Shown: positions 17,863-26,312 of the stretch, in pieces
Layout: the number at the start of each line of letters is the position of its first letter
How positions within the stretch are numbered: position 1 is the stretch's first letter
IMG/VR virus record: IMGVR_UViG_3300002895_000002
Coordinates: 128,001 to 192,000 of that record
Length of the DNA stretch: 64,000 nucleotides
Source of the DNA: a virus
Taxonomy: Duplodnaviria > Caudoviricetes
Strand: one strand, 5' to 3'
The notes under the pieces: generated by a model
The model's input: only the letters and a program-made list of their open reading frames with translations
What the model was told of the DNA's origin: nothing
Databases searched by the model: none
Translations under genes and position numbers: made by a program

Positions 17863-18695
17863 ATATTATAAAGTAAGCCAACAATCAATAATTAAATGGA
17901 TGAAAAAATATAACATCTATGATGAATTTAATTTTAAGCGTAATGTTGGTAAAGGAAATCTTGGAAAAACAATAATTTGTTCCGAAGAACTAATAATTCG
18001 ATTAAGAAAAATGGCAGATAATCGGAAAGGACAACCCGGCCATAAAAGAATACAAAGAATAAAGGAAAGGTGTTATATATGTGAACACGAATTTATAAAA
18101 AAAGAATCTGACGAAAAAAAAGTATGTTCTAAAAAATGTGCAATAGTTCTTCGAAGTATTGAAAATATAAAATCTATAAATGTGGTGTGCACATATTGCG
18201 GTACATTTATTGAAAAACCACTGTCTCTCATCAAAGAACATAATTTTTGTGATTATAATTGTTGTAATGCATGGCGAAAAGGAAAAACATATGAAGAACT
18301 ATATGGTGAAGATAAAGCAAATATTATTAAACAAAAAATAATGGCAAATAGATCAGAAAATACTATTATGGTTCTTACTCGTCCACATATCAAACTCAAA
18401 AAATGAAATGATTTCTAATGGGTTATATGATGGATTCCAAACTTCAAAGAAAATGTATCAATTTGAAATAGATGAATATAATCATGATTTACAATTATGT
18501 TTAGAAATTGACGGCGATTATTGGCATAATTATCCTTATGGAACACAACAAGATAAAAGGAAAAATACATTTCTTGCTAATAAGGGATTTACTGTATTAA
18601 GAATATGGGAACATGATATAAACACTAATTTGGGTGGTTGTATTGAAAAAATTAAGGAGACTATTGAATGCTTAAGCTCTCAAGCAAAGAAATAA
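17783..18695 (+). mobile_element. Vsr/DUF559-like homing endonuclease between nrdJ a and b (one +1 frameshift at the A6 run 18398-18403)
   Basis: AT-rich; HTH-like start, Cys fingers, GKTYEELYGE repeat, LEIDGDYWH...VLRIWEHD; AAGGA RBS. Confidence 0.8.
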
Positions 18696-20209
18696 AGAAC
18701 GTAAGAAATGGTGGTGACTGGGACCTGTGGTTCCCTGACATCAAGCATCCCGAGTACGACAAGCTCTGGAAGGGTGACTTCGATGCATGGGAAGCTGCCG
18801 GTCTTCCCAAGGTCATCTATCAGACCATCAAGGCACGGGAGCTCTGGGATAAGCTCATCCAAAACACCTACACCAGGAACGAGCCAGGCATTCTCTTCAT
18901 CGACAATGCCGAGAAGAATAACAACCTCACCAGGTACATGAAAGTGACGGGTGTGAACCCCTGCGGCGAGATCCTGATGTGTGCTGATCCTGGCATCGTG
19001 GAGATCGACGGTGTTATCTATGAGTACCTCGGTGACATCTGTAACCTCGGTGCTATCAACCTCACCCAGTTCTTCACCATCGAGAACGGCTTTGCCTGGG
19101 ATGCTTTCAAAGAGTCCGTAGCAGTGCTCGTCCGTGCTCTGGATAACGTCATCGACATCTCTGGGTATCCGCTGGAGAAGATCAAGAACGCCGCCATGCT
19201 TCGCCGTAAAATCGGCTGTGGTGTCATGGGATACGGCTCGTTGCTCTTCATGATGGGCTTCAAGTACGGCTCCCAGAAGGCCAACGAGTTCACCGAAGTG
19301 CTAATGAAAGAGTACGCCAATGCTGCATATCAGGCATCGGCCATGCTCGCCAAGGAGAAGGGTGCATTCCCGCTCTGGAAACCCGAGATGATCAACGATG
19401 GGTACATCGGCAACTCCGGGATGCTCACCGATGAAACACTGGACCTCATAGCAGCACACGGTCTCCGTAATGCTCAGCTGATGACCATCGCCCCGACAGG
19501 CACCACATCCATCTTTGCCGGTCTCGTCAGCGGCGGTGTTGAGCCGGTCTTCGAGAAGGAGTACACCCGGTGGGTCATCTCCAACCACAGAGCAGAGGAG
19601 CTTCTGGAAGGGCTCGATGCTCCTGACTACCGCAACGGTCAGTTCGTTGAGACGAAGGACTTCAAGTTCTCTATGGCTGGGGATGAGAAGGTCCTAGTGT
19701 CTCTGGATGGCACCCTGATGATCGACCAGAATCATGGCCTTCGCAAGAAAGAGATCTGCGAGGATTACGGTTGGTACTGGGCGAAGAAGCACCGCGATCC
19801 GGATGCCGTGACCTTTGCCAAACGCCTCGGCATCTACAAGACTGCCATGGAGTTGTCAGTCAAGGAGCACATGGATGCATTTAAAGTTATGTCTAAAGCA
19901 GTTGATATGTCAATTAGTAAATGTGTTGATGTTGAAACCACTATGGTCGAAATAGATGGGAAGATTGTTTATCTTGATGAACTGGAATATGGGGAGGAAG
20001 ATTCCTTTGTCCAAATGTCCGGCATGATAAAAAATCATAATCACATTGATGTTCCGATTAAAGCAACATATAATAATGGAATCACCGATGTGGTAGAAAT
20101 AACTTTTTCTGATCGGTCCTCAATCATATGTACACCCAACCACCGGTTATATACCGAAAATGGGTTTGAGCCGGCTATTGAAATTTTGGTAGGAACAAAA
20201 ATTGTGTAA
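18668..20209 (+). CDS. nrdJ: Class II ribonucleotide reductase, fragment b (catalytic NPCGE) ending in an N-intein
   Basis: AAGGAG RBS; EPGILFID, GVNPCGEI, ICNLGAINL, RRKIGCGVMG, TIAPTGT, DMSISK. Confidence 0.92.
   Translation: MLKLSSKEIKNVRNGGDWDLWFPDIKHPEYDKLWKGDFDAWEAAGLPKVIYQTIKARELWDKLIQNTYTRNEPGILFIDNAEKNNNLTRYMKVTGVNPCGEILMCADPGIVEIDGVIYEYLGDICNLGAINLTQFFTIENGFAWDAFKESVAVLVRALDNVIDISGYPLEKIKNAAMLRRKIGCGVMGYGSLLFMMGFKYGSQKANEFTEVLMKEYANAAYQASAMLAKEKGAFPLWKPEMINDGYIGNSGMLTDETLDLIAAHGLRNAQLMTIAPTGTTSIFAGLVSGGVEPVFEKEYTRWVISNHRAEELLEGLDAPDYRNGQFVETKDFKFSMAGDEKVLVSLDGTLMIDQNHGLRKKEICEDYGWYWAKKHRDPDAVTFAKRLGIYKTAMELSVKEHMDAFKVMSKAVDMSISKCVDVETTMVEIDGKIVYLDELEYGEEDSFVQMSGMIKNHNHIDVPIKATYNNGITDVVEITFSDRSSIICTPNHRLYTENGFEPAIEILVGTKIV
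19922..20209 (+). mobile_element. Split intein, N-terminal half (95 aa)
   Basis: Begins with Cys (CVDVETT) after SISK; block B CTPNH; ends AIEILVGTKIV-stop; AT-rich. Confidence 0.9.
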
Positions 20210-20223
20210 ACATAACCATCTTA

Positions 20224-20265
20224 TATAAATAGATATACTCATATTGACAAAGAGGATCTATTTAT
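20224..20265 (+). promoter_or_regulatory. Late promoter within a hairpin covering the HEG start codon
   Basis: TATAAATA at 20224; perfect 10-bp IR ATAAATAGAT (20225)/ATCTATTTAT (20256) overlapping ATG 20264; AGAGGA RBS inside. Confidence 0.7.
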
Positions 20266-21346
20266 GCGAAATGTTGTTAAAAACACAATTCATCGATGGA
20301 ATAAGACGATGGATTTATCGCAGTATTCCATCGATGAATTGGAGGAATTCTTACAAAAAAAATTATATTGACTTTCCGAGAAATGTTAGGTATAATATAG
20401 GAAAGTGGATTGGTTCAGGGAAACCATTATCTGATTATTCTATTGCCGCAGCAGCACAACATCGGTCTGTCTTTTCTACTACCTATATTGCAGAGAAAAA
20501 TAAAAGGTATATAGAAAGTCTTCCGGAAAATGAAAAAAAGATACGGTATAAAAAATCATGTGAGAAGGGGCAAATAACACGAAAAGAGAGACACGGTTCT
20601 ATTTCCGAATCTTATCGTAAAGGGTTAATCCTAAAGGGCCAACGAACCGCATTACTATTAGGAATAACCGACACATTGTCTGATACTGAATTATTGTCTT
20701 TATCCGGTTACCAAAAGAAAAATAATTACCAGTTATTAACGGAAAGTGAAAAAGAGAAAAAAAGAATAGCCTGGAAAAAACAAATCTTAAAAATACCAAT
20801 GTGTTTGAAATCATCATTTCAGAATATCCCATTTTTTCAACCGTCGATGTGAACCAGTTGTCGGATGAAGAAATAGAAACCTGGTATAGATGTTACCGAT
20901 CAATAATGTCTATTAGAAGAATGAACAATAAACATCATTCTTATGGGAGATCAGGTCATTATTATTCTAGTAAAACACGAAAGAAACATTATTACAGATC
21001 ATCATATGAATTGAAGTTACTACAAATTCTAGATGAATTTGAATTTGTGATCGATTATATGACAGAACCGTACCACATTACATTAGACATAGGAAAAAGA
21101 TATGTTCCCGATTTTGTGATTGAAACTAAAAATGGTCGAATAGTAGTTGAAGTAAAACCAACGTTTAAACTAAAAGAATTTCTCGAATCTAAAGGTTATC
21201 AATTATTTTCTCAGCTATCCAATTTCGTTATTATGACCACCGAAGAAATAGACCAAGGAGAAGAAAATGTCAGATCCCAGATTGTTGAATATACAAAAAA
21301 CGTCAGATCGCATACCAGCGAGCTACAGATCAGAAAAAACGATTGA
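20264..21346 (+). mobile_element. TnsA-like PD-(D/E)XK homing endonuclease between the intein halves (two frameshifts at A runs)
   Basis: YRSSYE...YVPDF...VVEVKP; frames switch at A8 (20355-20362) and A7 (20757-20763). Confidence 0.72.
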
Positions 21347-22268
21347 AGATATAAAAAATGACCTTAATTCACTAAATTGGGATGATGTAACCAACCAACA
21401 TTTATTTAACCTGCGGGCTGTTATTTTTCCTCAACCGAAAACTGTAACTGGAATTCGTATGGTTGGAAAAAAACAAACCGGGGACCTAGAAATAGATCAT
21501 CCATCACATTCTTATTATGCAAATGGTGTACCTACTCATAATACAGTGAACCTCCCAGCTGATTATCCATATGACGATTTTGACAAACTCTTCAGGGATG
21601 CATGGAAGAGCGGTGTACGGGGTATCACTACCTACCGTGAAGGCACCATGACAGCGGTCCTCGAGACCAACAAGAAGAAGGACAAAGAGACCAAGAAGGC
21701 CAAGGAAGAGCTGAAGGACTTCTACGAGGAATGGGAAGGGCATGAGGACGGCCGTGTTCGCATAGACGATGTCCAACTTCCGTCCGAGTACCCCATGACC
21801 GGTTTCAAGATCGTCTCTGAAGGCCGCAAGTGGTACATCTCCGTTGCGTTCAAAGACAAAAAGATGACCAAGCCGTTTGGCATCTTCGTCACGACGAATC
21901 ACCGTGAAAATGACGTGAAAACGTACTCTGCTCTTTCGGCCATGGAGCAGTTGGCTACTGAAGCAGGCATCCTTGAGCGGATTATCGAGGACAATCGTAA
22001 GAAGTATGCTGGCCAGACCAATATCAATAAGCTGGCTCGGACTATCAGCCTTCTGTTGCGACACAACGTGGACATCGCTCTCATCGTAAAGACCCTCGAT
22101 GCTCTCGATGACATCCCGGTGTTCTCATTCATCTACCGCATCAAGAAGTTCCTCACCAAGTACATCACCGAGATGGAGAACGGAATGAGTTGTCCTGAGT
22201 GTGGTGAAACGTTGATCTACACCGAGGGATGCATCAAATGCTCTCAGTGTGCATACAGTAAATGCTAA
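21267..22268 (+). CDS. nrdJ: C-intein (ends at 21542) plus class II RNR fragment c (TSCPD-like domain and Zn ribbon)
   Basis: AAGGAG RBS; DLEIDHPSHSYYANGVPTHN then TVNLP; GVRGITTYREG; C-terminal CPECG..EGCIKCSQCAYSKC. Confidence 0.9.
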   Translation: MSDPRLLNIQKTSDRIPASYRSEKTIEDIKNDLNSLNWDDVTNQHLFNLRAVIFPQPKTVTGIRMVGKKQTGDLEIDHPSHSYYANGVPTHNTVNLPADYPYDDFDKLFRDAWKSGVRGITTYREGTMTAVLETNKKKDKETKKAKEELKDFYEEWEGHEDGRVRIDDVQLPSEYPMTGFKIVSEGRKWYISVAFKDKKMTKPFGIFVTTNHRENDVKTYSALSAMEQLATEAGILERIIEDNRKKYAGQTNINKLARTISLLLRHNVDIALIVKTLDALDDIPVFSFIYRIKKFLTKYITEMENGMSCPECGETLIYTEGCIKCSQCAYSKC

Positions 22269-22278
22269 GACGAAAAAG

Positions 22279-22322
22279 AGAAAATGGCGGGTTCTATAAA
22301 TAAGTAGAATCCGCCATTTTCT
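22279..22322 (+). terminator. Terminator hairpin with a late promoter across its loop
   Basis: 18-bp stem AGAAAATGGCGGGTTCTA/TAGAATCCGCCATTTTCT; TATAAATA at 22295-22302. Confidence 0.75.
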
Positions 22323-22339
22323 ATTTTTTGGAGAATATA

Positions 22340-22624
22340 ATGAGCAAGTTTGTCGTACTGTTGGAGCAGGTTCTCAATGAATCCCCAACCACCTATGAGC
22401 GACTGGTATCAAATGCCATCGAGAGCAAGAAGAGTAATCCTTCTGCTCCTGACTCTGAGCATATGAAGCATGTTGCTGGTGCAGACAAGGATCACAAAGA
22501 TCTTGTTGCTGCCCATCTCAAAGGTGATAAGGCCGTTGTGAAGGGTAAGATCAACATGATTTCAGGCAAAGGCCGAGTATGGAGCGACCACGCAGAAAAG
22601 CTCCGTGGAATTCTGGGGGTGTAA
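22340..22624 (+). CDS. Small late protein, candidate internal head protein
   Basis: Late promoter upstream; N-terminus MSKFVVLLEQVLNES. Confidence 0.6.
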   Translation: MSKFVVLLEQVLNESPTTYERLVSNAIESKKSNPSAPDSEHMKHVAGADKDHKDLVAAHLKGDKAVVKGKINMISGKGRVWSDHAEKLRGILGV

Positions 22625-22625
22625 C

Positions 22626-23042
22626 ATGAATAACTTCACTCGTCTTCTCGAAACCATCAACGAATCATGTCAGGGGCCAAGTCAGCTCCCTCTTAACAGT
22701 GAAGGGAAGCTGGAACTGTACAACCCGGATTTCTATCGCCGCCATGGTCTTGATCAACATGCTGAACTGATCACTAAAGCCAAGGAATATCAGGGTAAGA
22801 AGAAAAACCTGGAACAGAGGAAGCAGGCCCATAACGAGTTGGTTCTTCTTTATCGGAATGTTGGAAAGGCAGGGGGAGATCATCACGCTCTAGCCAAAGC
22901 AGTGCTCCATTACGCTGGACACACCGACATCCATGACAATCCGTCCACGATGACCAATCAACACCTCGAAGACCTCAAGAAGGATCCAAGCAAGTATGGT
23001 ATGGATCATCGGGTTGCTATAACCCACGCGAGGTTCAAATAA
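22626..23042 (+). CDS. Small late protein, candidate internal head protein
   Basis: N-terminus MNNFTRLLETINES; His/Lys-rich. Confidence 0.6.
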   Translation: MNNFTRLLETINESCQGPSQLPLNSEGKLELYNPDFYRRHGLDQHAELITKAKEYQGKKKNLEQRKQAHNELVLLYRNVGKAGGDHHALAKAVLHYAGHTDIHDNPSTMTNQHLEDLKKDPSKYGMDHRVAITHARFK

Positions 23043-23078
23043 TCTCGCAAAAGATTGCGAAGCATATAATAAAGAAAT

Positions 23079-23132
23079 TTGACATTCCGAAGGGTTGTAT
23101 GTATACTGGAAACAGTAAGTACAACCCTTTCG
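23079..23132 (+). promoter_or_regulatory. Sigma70-type promoter embedded in an inverted repeat
   Basis: TTGACA-17-TATACT; arms AAGGGTTGTA/TACAACCCTT plus inner TACTG-GAAA-CAGTA. Confidence 0.8.
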
Positions 23133-23149
23133 TGTGAAAAGGAACGAAC

Positions 23150-23185
23150 GTGCCAAACTTTCTACCATTCTTCCAGAAAAAATAA
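23150..23185 (+). pseudogene. Relic 5' end of the DinG-like helicase gene
   Basis: AAGGA RBS, then GTG-PNFLPFFQKK-stop versus the functional start MPNFLDFFEK at 24131. Confidence 0.7.
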
Positions 23186-23237
23186 TTTCGACTCAAATAG
23201 GCCCATCTATTATAAATAAAGTTGGAGGATAATCAAC

Positions 23238-24144
23238 ATGTTTATAATAGAACCAAAAAAGACTAAGTCGAATAAAAAAGTAGCAGATTATACTAGGTGT
23301 GAGGTTTCCTGTGACAAATGTGGTAAAGAATATAATAGTAGCTATAAACAGGTTACTGATGGTAGACTAAAATATCAGGTTGATTTATGTCGAAGTTGTA
23401 GACAGATTTATCAATATGAAAATGGAATTAGAGATAATCAAAGAGCTTCAATTAGTAAAAATGGAAAGGTAAGACGTATGAAGAAGTATTAGGGATTGAA
23501 GGTGCAAAAAAGCGAAAGAGAAATTGAAATCTTATACTGGCGAAAAATCATCAAATTGGGGTGGAACATGGCATGGCAGTAGAGAGAAAGCGGATCAACG
23601 AAATGCTAGTATAAAAGGTAAGACTATTATAGAGATATACGGTGAAGAGAAAGCAGAAACAATACGAAAAAAATTAGGTGTACCTGGCTCTCGAAATGGA
23701 CAATTTGGAAAACCGGCACCTACAGGATCCGGGAATGGGTGGTCTGGATGGTATAAAGGGTTCTTTTTTCGGTCATTATTGGAATTATCTTTTTTGGTAT
23801 CAATGATGAAACAAGGAAAACACATCATATCCGCAGAGAGTAAAGAATTTAGAACAGAATATACAGATTGGGAGGGAAAAAGAAGAAATTATTTTCCAGA
23901 TTATGTAATTGACGGAATTGTTTATGAAATCAAACCTAGTGGATTAGTGAATACTAAAACTAATAACCTAAAATTCAATGCTGCTAGAGAAAAATTTGGT
24001 ACGGAAAGATTTATCATTCTCACAGAAAATGATGTTGATAAAATATCCGATTCTACAATAAAATTCTTGTATGATAATAACGAAATAAAGTTTATTCAAC
24101 GATATGAAGAAAAGTATAAGGAGCGTTATGCCGAACTTTCTTGA
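23238..24144 (+). mobile_element. TnsA-like homing endonuclease (two frameshifts at A runs 23457-23461 and 23506-23511)
   Basis: Late promoter at 23211; CDKCG..CRSC; GWSGWYKG..FRSLLEL..YFPDY..YEIKP; AT-rich. Confidence 0.75.
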
Positions 24145-25768
24145 TTTTTTTGAAAAGAACAAGATAAGTCCTAGAAGTCAGCAGTGTGAAGTATTATCCA
24201 AACTTGAATCAAATTGGGATAGATATGATAATTTCGTTATATCAGCCCCAACCGGTGTAGGGAAAAGCTTCATTGCTCTCGCCATTGCTATGGGCACCAC
24301 AAACTCATTCCTTCTCACCGGAACCAAATCCCTCCAAAGTCAGTACATCGAGACGTCGGATCAGCTCTACAACATCAAAGGACGGGCAAACTATCCCTGT
24401 GGTCTTAACCGGACCGTTCGTGCTGACATGGGGCCATGTTCCATCATGCCTCAGATCAAGCGAAAATGTTATGGGAATGGGTCCTGCATCTACCACAACG
24501 CAAAGCTTGGTGCGAAGAAGGCCAAGACTATGCTGACCAATTATGCTTACTTCCTGACAGCTCTCAATTCCGGGTCTTTTGGTGAGCCATATGAGTGTAA
24601 GCGAGCGGTGGTTCTATGTGACGAAGCACATGACCTTGAGAAGTGTCTAATCAACTTCGCTGAATGTGTCATTTCACCATCTGATATCAATAAGAAGTTC
24701 CATATCCAAGATCCCGCGTGGAAGTTTGGAAACAGTGAGAAGAAAAATCTCGAGATCCTGTTTGATATCAAGGCTGAGATTGGGAAGGAGATGAACAAGT
24801 GTACCTCCCAAATCGATCTTATCTACGCCAAGTATGGCATCACTTCGGAAGATACTTCCGGGATGTTCAAGATGAACGGAGCAGACACCGATAAGATTGC
24901 TAAGCTAGGCCTTAAGTTAGCTCAGCTTGATCGAACAATCAAACCCATCGACATCTATGAGGCAAACCAGTCGTTTCGGTGGATTATTGATGCAAACACT
25001 GATGACAATACCTTGAAAATATCTCCCATATCTGCCTCTGGTATTTTCTCTGAATACATGCAGCACTTTGGTGGAAAATTTGTATTCATGTCAGCCACCA
25101 TTGGAGATCCGAATGTATTCTGTCGGGAGCTTGGTCTAGACCCGGAGCGTACTGCCTTCATTCGAACCGGAACTGATTTCCCTGCGGAGAATGCTCCCAT
25201 TGTTTTTTGTCCTGTTGGGAAAATGAATTACAAGGATCTTCCTGCTACCATGCCGAAGATTGTGGCAGGTGTGATTGAGATTCTCAAAGGTCATGCTGAA
25301 GATAAAGGGATCATACATACCGGGAATTACAAGATCTCTCAAGCCATCATTGACGGACTTCCAAGAGAGCTTAAATCCAGACTGATCCATCGAGACATGA
25401 AGTACGGACAGAAGATCAGTAACGAGGACCTAGTCCGGATGCACACCCACGATAAAGGTCCGACTGTTCTCATCTCCCCATCGTTGGGAACTGGAACCTC
25501 CCTTGATGATGACCTTTCTCGGTTCCAGATCATTGTCAAGCTGCCATTTCCTTCACTGTTGGACGCAAGGGTAAAGATAAAAGCGGATGAGGATCCCGAC
25601 TGGTACCTGGACACCATGTGGCGTGAAGTTCAACAATCTTCGGGGCGATCCATTCGAAGCATGGAAGATCATGCTGTTACTTACGTTCTGGACAGTTCTA
25701 CTGATTGGTTCTTCAAGAAAGCAGAAAAAGTTCTGCCTCCTCATTTCAAGGAAAGGTGGCACTGGTGA
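24131..25768 (+). CDS. DinG/Rad3-like SF2 helicase
   Basis: APTGVGKS, KGRANYPC with Cys cluster, CDEAH, MSAT, QIIVKLPFPS, QSSGRSIR. Confidence 0.88.
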   Translation, partial: PNFLDFFEKNKISPRSQQCEVLSKLESNWDRYDNFVISAPTGVGKSFIALAIAMGTTNSFLLTGTKSLQSQYIETSDQLYNIKGRANYPCGLNRTVRADMGPCSIMPQIKRKCYGNGSCIYHNAKLGAKKAKTMLTNYAYFLTALNSGSFGEPYECKRAVVLCDEAHDLEKCLINFAECVISPSDINKKFHIQDPAWKFGNSEKKNLEILFDIKAEIGKEMNKCTSQIDLIYAKYGITSEDTSGMFKMNGADTDKIAKLGLKLAQLDRTIKPIDIYEANQSFRWIIDANTDDNTLKISPISASGIFSEYMQHFGGKFVFMSATIGDPNVFCRELGLDPERTAFIRTGTDFPAENAPIVFCPVGKMNYKDLPATMPKIVAGVIEILKGHAEDKGIIHTGNYKISQAIIDGLPRELKSRLIHRDMKYGQKISNEDLVRMHTHDKGPTVLISPSLGTGTSLDDDLSRFQIIVKLPFPSLLDARVKIKADEDPDWYLDTMWREVQQSSGRSIRSMEDHAVTYVLDSSTDWFFKKAEKVLPPHFKERWHW

Positions 25769-26055
25769 TGAAACAAACATGTGGCGGGTGTTATAAATTT
25801 AGTAGGGACTCATTAATATTTCATTGGGGATTGTGTTCCGTCAACAAAACCAAAAGACGGGACAACTGGACATGTGACGTCCAAAGAACAGGAGAAAGTG
25901 TTATGACAATCAAAGTGAAACATGTGGAAGGTGTGGTGGTTTGCCCGAAGTGTAGAGGGATCGGTGCAGAGATCCAGCATGATGGCAGTAAGCACTGGTG
26001 CAGGATGTGCGGAGGCGGCGGCCAACTCCTGGAGAATGATAACGTTTCCGAATAA
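25768..26055 (+). CDS. Cys-rich protein with DnaJ-like CxxCxGxG motifs
   Basis: CPKCRGIG..CRMCGGGG; an internal AGGAGA plus ATG at 25903 may be a second start. Confidence 0.55.
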   Translation: MKQTCGGCYKFSRDSLIFHWGLCSVNKTKRRDNWTCDVQRTGESVMTIKVKHVEGVVVCPKCRGIGAEIQHDGSKHWCRMCGGGGQLLENDNVSE

Positions 26056-26058
26056 TTC

Positions 26059-26114
26059 TTGACAAATCCTCCCGAATCTGTTATTATTGAATAAAATGGA
26101 TTCGGGAGGATTGT
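26059..26114 (+). promoter_or_regulatory. Sigma70-type promoter whose spacer pairs with the downstream RBS
   Basis: TTGACA-17-TATTAT; AATCCTCCCGAATC/GATTCGGGAGGATT. Confidence 0.8.
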
Positions 26115-26312
26115 GTGAGCTTCAATAAAGCTATCAAGTCCGGCAAGGAAAAACGAAAACCATATCGAGGAGCAAAGAGTTACGATGTGTCCTGTCGTAA
26201 TCATGGATCCTGTGATTACTGCAAAAGCAACCGGATCCACTTTGATGAAGTAAAACGAAAGGCAGCAGATGCTGACCTTAACGAATTCAAAAAGAAGGAC
26301 AACAACGAATGA
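26115..26312 (+). CDS. Small hypothetical protein (CRNHGSCDYC)
   Basis: GTG start after GGGAGG. Confidence 0.7.
   Translation: MSFNKAIKSGKEKRKPYRGAKSYDVSCRNHGSCDYCKSNRIHFDEVKRKAADADLNEFKKKDNNE

Noticed and set aside
17665-18701. Group I intron in nrdJ (a U/G junction giving FMERLRNGG is formally possible)
   Set aside because: The insert is AT-rich and almost entirely coding, with no room for or sign of a P3-P7 core, and fragment b has its own strong SD. Kept only as a refuting test.
20756-20764. Programmed -1 slippery heptamer AAAAAAG in the second nrdJ HEG
   Set aside because: The heptamer is not in the reading-frame register required for tandem slippage; treated as a homopolymer indel.
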